This document shows, one piece after another, positions 54,901-64,000 of a stretch of DNA of 64,000 nucleotides. The stretch is from the NCBI GenBank assembly GCA_964016885.1, contig OZ024741.1, forward strand, positions 221,650,001 through 221,714,000, in the 5' to 3' direction. The translations under genes were made by a program, and so were the position numbers. Numbering within the stretch: position 1 is the stretch's first letter; each line of letters opens with the position of its first letter. This stretch comes from Eledone cirrhosa. Its lineage: Eukaryota. The notes below the pieces were generated by a model. The model searched no databases and was not told the DNA's origin. It was given only the letters and a program-made list of their open reading frames with translations.

Positions 54901-57900
54901 TGATATGACTGAAGACACCCAGCCTGACCTGTAAAGTGGTCATGTTTCTGATATGACTGAAGACACCCAGTCTGACCTGTAAATTGGTCATGTTCCTGAT
55001 ATGACTGAAGACACCCAGTCTGACCTGTAAAGTGGTCATGTTCCTGATATGACTGAAGACACCCAGCCTGACCTGTAAAGTGGTCATGTTCCTGATATGA
55101 CTGAAGACACCCAGCCTGACCTGTAAAGTGGCCATGTTCCTGATATGACTGAAGACACCCAGCCTGACCTGTAAAGTGGTCATGTTTCTGATATGACTGA
55201 AGACATCCAGTCTGACCTGTAAAGTGGCCATGTTTCTGATATGACTGAAGACACCCAGTCTGACCTGTAAACTGGTCATGTTTCTGATATGACTGAAGAC
55301 ACCCAGCCTGACCTGCAAAGTGGTCATGTTTCTGATATGACTGAAGACACCCAGTCTGACCTGTAAAGTGGTCATGTTTCTGATATGACTGAAGACACCC
55401 AGCCTGACCTGTAAAGTGGCCATGTTCCTGATATGACTGAAGACACCCAGTCTGACCTATAAAGTGGTCATGTTTCTGATATGACTGAAGACATCCAGCC
55501 TGACCTGTAAAGTGGTCATGTTCCTGATATGACTGAAGACATCCAGCCTGACCTGTAAAGTGGTCATGTTCCTGATATGACTGAAGACATCCAGTCTGAC
55601 CTGTAAAGTGGTCATGTTTCTGATATGACTGAAGACATCCAGCCTGCCCTGTAAAGTGGTCATGTTCCTGATATGACTGAAGACATCCAGCTTGACCTGT
55701 AAAGTGGCCATGTTCCTGATATGACTGAAGACACCCAGCCTGACCTGTAAAGTGGTCATGTTTCTGATATGACTGAAGACATCCAGTCTGACCTGTAAAG
55801 TGGTCATGTTCCTGATATGACTGAAGACACCCAGCCTGACCTGTAAAGTGGTCATGTTCCTGATATGACTGAAGACATCCAGCCTGACCTGTAAAGTGGT
55901 CATGTTCCTGATATGACTGAAGACATCCAGCCTGACCTGTAAAGTGGCCATGTTCCTGATATGACTGAAGACACCCAGCCTGACCTGTAAAGTGGTCATG
56001 TTCCTGATATGACTGAAGACATCCAGCCTGACCTGTAAAGTGGTCATGTTCCTGATATGACTGAAGACACCCAGCCTGACCTGTAAAGTGGTCATGTTTC
56101 TGATATGACTGAAGACATCCAGTCTGACCTGTAAAGTGGTCATGTTCCTGATATGACTGAAGACACCCAGCCTGACCTGTAAAGTGGTCATGTTCCTGAT
56201 ATGACTGAAGACATCCAGCCTGACCTGTAAAGTGGTCATGTTACTGATATGACTGAAGACATCCAGCCTGACCTGTAAAGTGGCCATGTTCCTGATATGA
56301 CTGAAGACACCCAGTCTGACCTGTAAAGTGGTCATATTCCTGATATGACTGAAGACATCCAGCCTGACCTGTAAAGTGGTCATGTTCCTGATATGACTGA
56401 AGACATCCAGCCTGACCTGTAAAGTGGTCATGTTCCTGATATGACTGAAGACATCCAGCCTGACCTGTAAAGTGGTCATGTTCCTGATATGACTGAAGAC
56501 ATCCAGCCTGACCTGTAAAGTGGTCATGTTCCTGATATGACTGAAGACATCCAGCCTGACCTGTAAAGTGGTCATGTTCCTGATATGACTGAAGACACCC
56601 AGCCTGACCTGTAAAGTGGTCATGTTCCTGATATGACTGAAGACACCCAGCCTGACCTGTAAAGTGGCCATGTTCCTGATATGACTGAAGACATCCAGTC
56701 TGACCTGTAAAGTGGCCATGTTCCTGATATGACTGAAGACACCCAGCCTGACCTGTAAAGTGGTCATGTTCCTGATATGACTGAAGACATCCAGCCTGAC
56801 CTGTAAAGTGGTCATGTTCCTGATATGACTGAAGACATCCAGCCTGACCTGTAAAGTGGTCATGTTCCTGATATGACTGAAGACACCCAGCCTGACCTGT
56901 AAAGTGGTCATGTTCCTGATATGACTGAAGACACCCAGCCTGACCTGTAAAGTGGTCATGTTCCTGATATGACTGAAGACACCCAGTCTGACCTGTAAAG
57001 TGGCCATGTTCCTGATATGACTGAAGACATCCAGTCTGACCTGTAAAGTGGCCATGTTCCTGATATGACTGAAGACACCCAGCCTGACCTGTAAAGTGGC
57101 CATGTTCCTGATATGACTGAAGACACCCAGTCTGACCTGTAAAGTGGCCATGTTTCTGATATGACTGAAGACACCCAGTCTGACCTGTAAAGTGGTCATG
57201 TTCCTGATATGACTGAAGACACCCAGTCTGACCTGTAAAGTGGCCATGTTCCTGATATGACTGAAGACACCCAGCCTGACCTGTAATGTGGTCATGTTTC
57301 TGATATGACTGAAGACACCCAGTCTGACCTGTAAAGTGGTCATGTTCCTGATATGACTGAAGACACCCAGTCTGACCTGTAAAGTGGCCATGTTCCTGAT
57401 ATGACTGAAGACATCCAGCCTGACCTGTAAAGTGGTCATGTTCCTGATATGACTGAAGACACCCAGCCTGACCTGTAAAGTGGCCATGTTCCTGATATGA
57501 CTGAAGACACCCAGCCTGACCTGTAAAGTGGCCATGTTCCTAATATGACTGAAGACACCCAGTCTGACCTGTAAAGTGGTCATGTTCCTGATATGACTGA
57601 AGACACCCAGTCTGACCTGTAAATTGGTCATGTTCCTGATATGACTGAAGACACCCAGTCTGACCTGTAAAGTGGTCATGTTCCTGATATGACTGAAGAC
57701 ACCCAGCCTGACCTGTAAAGTGGTCATGTTCCTGATATGACTGAAGACACCCAGCCTGACCTGTAAAGTGGCCATGTTCCTGATATGACTGAAGACACCC
57801 AGCCTGACCTGTAAAGTGGTCATGTTTCTGATATGACTGAAGACATCCAGTCTGACCTGTAAAGTGGCCATGTTTCTGATATGACTGAAGACACCCAGTC

Positions 57901-60900
57901 TGACCTGTAAAGTGGTCATGTTTCTGATATGACTGAAGACACCCAGTCTGACCTGTAAAGTGGTCATGTTCCTGATATGACTGAAGACACCCAGTCTGAC
58001 CTGTAAAGTGGCCATGTTCCTGATATGACTGAAGACATCCAGCCTGACCTGTAAAGTGGTCATGTTCCTGATATGACTGAAGACACCCAGCCTGACCTGT
58101 AAAGTGGCCATGTTCCTGATATGACTGAAGACACCCAGCCTGACCTGTAAAGTGGTCATGTTCCTGATATGACTGAAGACATCCAGCCTCACCTGTAAAG
58201 TGGTCATGTTCCTGATATGACTGAAGACATCCAGCCTGACCTGTAAAGTGGTCATGTTCCTGATATGACTGAAGACACCCAGCCTGACCTGTAAAGTGGT
58301 CATGTTCCTGATATGACTGAAGACACCCAGCCTGACCTGTAAAGTGGTCATGTTCCTGATATGACTGAAGACACCCAGTCTGACCTGTAAAGTGGCCATG
58401 TTCCTGATATGACTGAAGACATCCAGTCTGACCTGTAAAGTGGCCATGTTCCTGATATGACTGAAGACACCCAGCCTGACCTGTAAAGTGGCCATGTTCC
58501 TGATATGACTGAAGACACCCAGTCTGACCTGTAAAGTGGCCATGTTTCTGATATGACTGAAGACACCCAGTCTGACCTGTAAAGTGGTCATGTTCCTGAT
58601 ATGACTGAAGACACCCAGTCTGACCTGTAAAGTGGCCATGTTCCTGATATGACTGAAGACACCCAGCCTGACCTGTAATGTGGTCATGTTTCTGATATGA
58701 CTGAAGACACCCAGTCTGACCTGTAAAGTGGTCATGTTCCTGATATGACTGAAGACACCCAGTCTGACCTGTAAAGTGGCCATGTTCCTGATATGACTGA
58801 AGACATCCAGCCTGACCTGTAAAGTGGTCATGTTCCTGATATGACTGAAGACACCCAGCCTGACCTGTAAAGTGGCCATGTTCCTGATATGACTGAAGAC
58901 ACCCAGCCTGACCTGTAAAGTGGCCATGTTCCTAATATGACTGAAGACACCCAGTCTGACCTGTAAAGTGGTCATGTTCCTGATATGACTGAAGACACCC
59001 AGTCTGACCTGTAAATTGGTCATGTTCCTGATATGACTGAAGACACCCAGTCTGACCTGTAAAGTGGTCATGTTCCTGATATGACTGAAGACACCCAGCC
59101 TGACCTGTAAAGTGGTCATGTTCCTGATATGACTGAAGACACCCAGCCTGACCTGTAAAGTGGCCATGTTCCTGATATGACTGAAGACACCCAGCCTGAC
59201 CTGTAAAGTGGTCATGTTTCTGATATGACTGAAGACATCCAGTCTGACCTGTAAAGTGGCCATGTTTCTGATATGACTGAAGACACCCAGTCTGACCTGT
59301 AAAGTGGTCATGTTTCTGATATGACTGAAGACACCCAGCCTGACCTGTAAAGTGGTCATGTTTCTGATATGACTGAAGACACCCAGTCTGACCTGTAAAG
59401 TGGTCATGTTTCTGATATGACTGAAGACACCCAGCTTGACCTGTAAAGTGGCCATGTTCCTGATATGACTGAAGACACCCAGTCTGACCTATAAAGTGGT
59501 CATGTTTCTGATATGACTGAAGACATCCAGCCTGACCTGTAAAGTGGTCATGTTCCTGATATGACTGAAGACATCCAGCCTGACCTGTAAAGTGGTCATG
59601 TTCCTGATATGACTGAAGACACCCAGTCTGACCTGTAAAGTGGTCATGTTTCTGATATGACTGAAGACATCCAGCCTGACCTGTAAAGTGGTCATGTTCC
59701 TGATATGACTGAAGACACCCAGTCTGACCTGTAAAGTGGTCATGTTCCTGATATGACTGAAGACACCCAGTCTGACCTGTAAAGTGGTCATGTTCCTGAT
59801 ATGACTGAAGACACCCAGTCTGACCTGTAAAGTGGTCATGTTCCTGATATGACTGAAGACACCCAGTCTGACCTGTAAAGTGGTCATGTTCCTGATATGA
59901 CTGAAGACACCCAGTCTGACCTGTAAAGTGGTCATGTTCCTGATATGACTGAAGACATCCAGCCTGACCTGTAAAGTGGTCATGTTTCTGATATGACTGA
60001 AGACATCCAGCCTGACCTGTAAAGTGGTCATGTTCCTGATATGACTGAAGACATCCAGCTTGACCTGTAAAGTGGCCATGTTCCTGATATGACTGAAGAC
60101 ACCCAGTCTGACCTGTAAAGTGGTCATGTTCCTGATATGACTGAAGACACCCAGCCTGACCTGTAAAGTGGTCATGTTTCTGATATGACTGAAGACATCC
60201 AGTCTGACCTGTAAAGTGGTCATGTTCCTGATATGACTGAAGACATCCAGCTTGACCTGTAACGTGGCCATGTTCCTGATATGACTGAAGACACCCAGCC
60301 TGACCTGTAAAGTGGTCATGTTCCTGATATGACTGAAGACATCCAGCCTGACCTGTAAAGTGGTCATGTTCCTGATATGACTGAAGACACCCAGCCTGAC
60401 CTGTAAAGTGGTCATGTTCCTGATATGACTGAAGACATCCAGCCTGACCTGTAAAGTGGTCATGTTCCTGATATGACTGAAGACATCCAGCCTGACCTGT
60501 AAAGTGGCCATGTTCCTGATATGACTGAAGACACCCAGCCTGACCTGTAAAGTGGTCATGTTCCTGATATGACTGAAGACATCCAGCCTGACCTGTAAAG
60601 TGGTCATGTTCCTGATATGACTGAAGACATCCAGCCTGACCTGTAAAGTGGTCATGTTCCTGATATGACTGAAGACACCCAGTCTGACCTGTAAAGTGGT
60701 CATGTTCCTGATATGACTGAAGACATCCAGCCTGACCTGTAAAGTGGTCATGTTCCTGATATGACTGAAGACATCCAGCCTGACCTGTAAAGTGGTCATG
60801 TTCCTGATATGACTGAAGACATCCAGCCTGACCTGTAAAGTGGCCATGTTCCTGATATGACTGAAGACACCCAGCCTGACCTGTAAAGTGGTCATGTTCC

Positions 60901-63900
60901 TGATATGACTGAAGACACCCAGTCTGACCTGTAAAGTGGCCATGTTCCTGATATGACTGAAGACATCCAGTCTGACCTGTAAAGTGGCCATGTTCCTGAT
61001 ATGACTGAAGACACCCAGCCTGACCTGTAAAGTGGCCATGTTCCTGATATGACTGAAGACACCCAGTCTGACCTGTAAAGTGGCCATGTTTCTGATATGA
61101 CTGAAGACACCCAGTCTGACCTGTAAAGTGGTCATGTTCCTGATATGACTGAAGACACCCAGTCTGACCTGTAAAGTGGCCATGTTCCTGATATGACTGA
61201 AGACACCCAGCCTGACCTGTAATGTGGTCATGTTTCTGATATGACTGAAGACACCCAGTCTGACCTGTAAAGTGGTCATGTTCCTGATATGACTGAAGAC
61301 ACCCAGTCTGACCTGTAAAGTGGCCATGTTCCTGATATGACTGAAGACATCCAGCCTGACCTGTAAAGTGGTCATGTTCCTGATATGACTGAAGACACCC
61401 AGCCTGACCTGTAAAGTGGCCATGTTACTGATATGACTGAAGACACCCAGCCTGACCTGTAAAGTGGCCATGTTCCTAATATGACTGAAGACACCCAGTC
61501 TGACCTGTAAAGTGGTCATGTTCCTGATATGACTGAAAACACCCAGCCTGACCTGTAAAGTGGTCATGTTTCTGATATGACTGAAGACACCCAGCCTGAC
61601 CTGTAAAGTGGTCATGTTTCTGATATGACTGAAGACACCCAGACTGACCTGTAAAGTGGTCATGTTTCTGATATGACTGAAGACACCCAGCCTGACCTGT
61701 AAAGTGGTCATGTTTCTGATATGACTGAAGACACCCAGCCTGACCTGTAAAGTGGTCATGTTTCTGATATGACTGAAGACACCCAGACTGACCTGTAAAG
61801 TGGTCATGTTTCTGATATGACTGAAGACATCCAGCCTGACCTGTAAAGTGGTCATGTTCCTGATGTGACTGAAGACACCCAGTCTGACCTGTAAAGTGGT
61901 CATGTTCCTGATATGACTGAAGACACCCAGCCTGACCTGTAAAGTGGTCATGTTTCTGATATGACTGAAGACACCCAGTCTGACCTGTAAATTGGTCATG
62001 TTCCTGATATGACTGAAGACACCCAGTCTGACCTGTAAAGTGGTCATGTTCCTGATATGACTGAAGACACCCAGCCTGACCTGTAAAGTGGTCATGTTCC
62101 TGATATGACTGAAGACACCCAGCCTGACCTGTAAAGTGGCCATGTTCCTGATATGACTGAAGACACCCAGCCTGACCTGTAAAGTGGTCATGTTTCTGAT
62201 ATGACTGAAGACATCCAGTCTGACCTGTAAAGTGGCCATGTTTCTGATATGACTGAAGACACCCAGTCTGACCTGTAAACTGGTCATGTTTCTGATATGA
62301 CTGAAGACACCCAGCCTGACCTGCAAAGTGGTCATGTTTCTGATATGACTGAAGACACCCAGTCTGACCTGTAAAGTGGTCATGTTTCTGATATGACTGA
62401 AGACACCCAGCCTGACCTGTAAAGTGGCCATGTTCCTGATATGACTGAAGACACCCAGTCTGACCTATAAAGTGGTCATGTTTCTGATATGACTGAAGAC
62501 ATCCAGCCTGACCTGTAAAGTGGTCATGTTCCTGATATGACTGAAGACATCCAGCCTGACCTGTAAAGTGGTCATGTTCCTGATATGACTGAAGACATCC
62601 AGTCTGACCTGTAAAGTGGTCATGTTTCTGATATGACTGAAGACATCCAGCCTGCCCTGTAAAGTGGTCATGTTCCTGATATGACTGAAGACATCCAGCT
62701 TGACCTGTAAAGTGGCCATGTTCCTGATATGACTGAAGACACCCAGCCTGACCTGTAAAGTGGTCATGTTTCTGATATGACTGAAGACATCCAGTCTGAC
62801 CTGTAAAGTGGTCATGTTCCTGATATGACTGAAGACACCCAGCCTGACCTGTAAAGTGGTCATGTTCCTGATATGACTGAAGACATCCAGCCTGACCTGT
62901 AAAGTGGTCATGTTCCTGATATGACTGAAGACATCCAGCCTGACCTGTAAAGTGGCCATGTTCCTGATATGACTGAAGACACCCAGCCTGACCTGTAAAG
63001 TGGTCATGTTCCTGATATGACTGAAGACATCCAGCCTGACCTGTAAAGTGGTCATGTTCCTGATATGACTGAAGACACCCAGCCTGACCTGTAAAGTGGT
63101 CATGTTTCTGATATGACTGAAGACATCCAGTCTGACCTGTAAAGTGGTCATGTTCCTGATATGACTGAAGACACCCAGCCTGACCTGTAAAGTGGTCATG
63201 TTCCTGATATGACTGAAGACATCCAGCCTGACCTGTAAAGTGGTCATGTTACTGATATGACTGAAGACATCCAGCCTGACCTGTAAAGTGGCCATGTTCC
63301 TGATATGACTGAAGACACCCAGTCTGACCTGTAAAGTGGTCATGTTCCTGATATGACTGAAGACATCCAGCCTGACCTGTAAAGTGGTCATGTTCCTGAT
63401 ATGACTGAAGACATCCAGCCTGACCTGTAAAGTGGTCATGTTCCTGATATGACTGAAGACATCCAGCCTGACCTGTAAAGTGGTCATGTTCCTGATATGA
63501 CTGAAGACATCCAGCCTGACCTGTAAAGTGGTCATGTTCCTGATATGACTGAAGACATCCAGCCTGACCTGTAAAGTGGTCATGTTCCTGATATGACTGA
63601 AGACACCCAGCCTGACCTGTAAAGTGGTCATGTTCCTGATATGACTGAAGACACCCAGCCTGACCTGTAAAGTGGCCATGTTCCTGATATGACTGAAGAC
63701 ATCCAGTCTGACCTGTAAAGTGGCCATGTTCCTGATATGACTGAAGACACCCAGCCTGACCTGTAAAGTGGTCATGTTCCTGATATGACTGAAGACATCC
63801 AGCCTGACCTGTAAAGTGGTCATGTTCCTGATATGACTGAAGACATCCAGCCTGACCTGTAAAGTGGTCATGTTCCTGATATGACTGAAGACACCCAGCC

Positions 63901-64000
63901 TGACCTGTAAAGTGGTCATGTTCCTGATATGACTGAAGACACCCAGCCTGACCTGTAAAGTGGTCATGTTCCTGATATGACTGAAGACACCCAGTCTGAC
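51975..64000. repeat. Tandem 7008-bp (146-unit) higher-order duplication; second copy truncated by the window end
   Basis: 980-aa read-through ORFs at 52481-55423 and 59489-62431 look identical; markers 52001/59009 and 55457/62465 are offset by 7008. Confidence 0.9.

Larger units (their letters stand above)
6067..64000. repeat. 48-bp satellite / giant minisatellite array, about 1,207 head-to-tail units, running off the window end
   Basis: Consensus ACCTGTAAAGTGGYCATGTTYCTGATATGACTGAAGACAYCCAGYCTG in one orientation with no foreign insertion seen; four common C/T sites plus rare private variants. Confidence 0.99.

Noticed and set aside
6048-63967. Giant minus-strand ORFs (up to 3590 aa) as protein-coding genes
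   Set aside because: They are overlapping-frame translations of a 48-bp repeat with no unique domains, and stops and frameshifts are duplicated freely. Kept only as a hypothesis in findings.
6067-64000. CRISPR array
   Set aside because: No unique spacers between repeats, no cas genes, and a eukaryotic context.
6067-64000. Hammerhead ribozyme within the satellite unit (CTGAAGA matches CUGANGA; GTC present)
   Set aside because: The required GAAA reads TAAA and no proper stem II or III forms.
6067-64000. C2H2 zinc-finger array (His/Cys frame with HFTG)
   Set aside because: Period is 16 aa rather than 28, with one Cys per unit and no CxxC or TGEKP linker.

Overview
AT-rich, microsatellite-laden eukaryotic (animal-like) genomic DNA with no intact host gene visible; the organism cannot be determined from sequence alone. 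The first ~6 kb is a cluster of mobile DNA: two unrelated + strand type I hammerhead ribozyme motifs on either side of an (AT)57 tract (a perfect minimal one at 1145-1189, a degenerate one at ~369-475), a 1.2-kb non-coding element with 69-bp terminal inverted repeats (1465-2686), and a full-length but inactivated hAT (hATm-like) transposon (2699-5493) with an 8-bp target-site duplication. From 6067 to the window end lies one uninterrupted ~58-kb array of about 1,207 copies of a 48-bp unit. The unit varies mainly at four binary C/T positions and is organised into nested kilobase-scale duplications (about 1.4-7.0 kb). The giant minus-strand ORFs are read-throughs of this satellite, broken by stops and frameshifts, and are not called as genes. 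All coordinates and pairings were read by eye; no searches were run.
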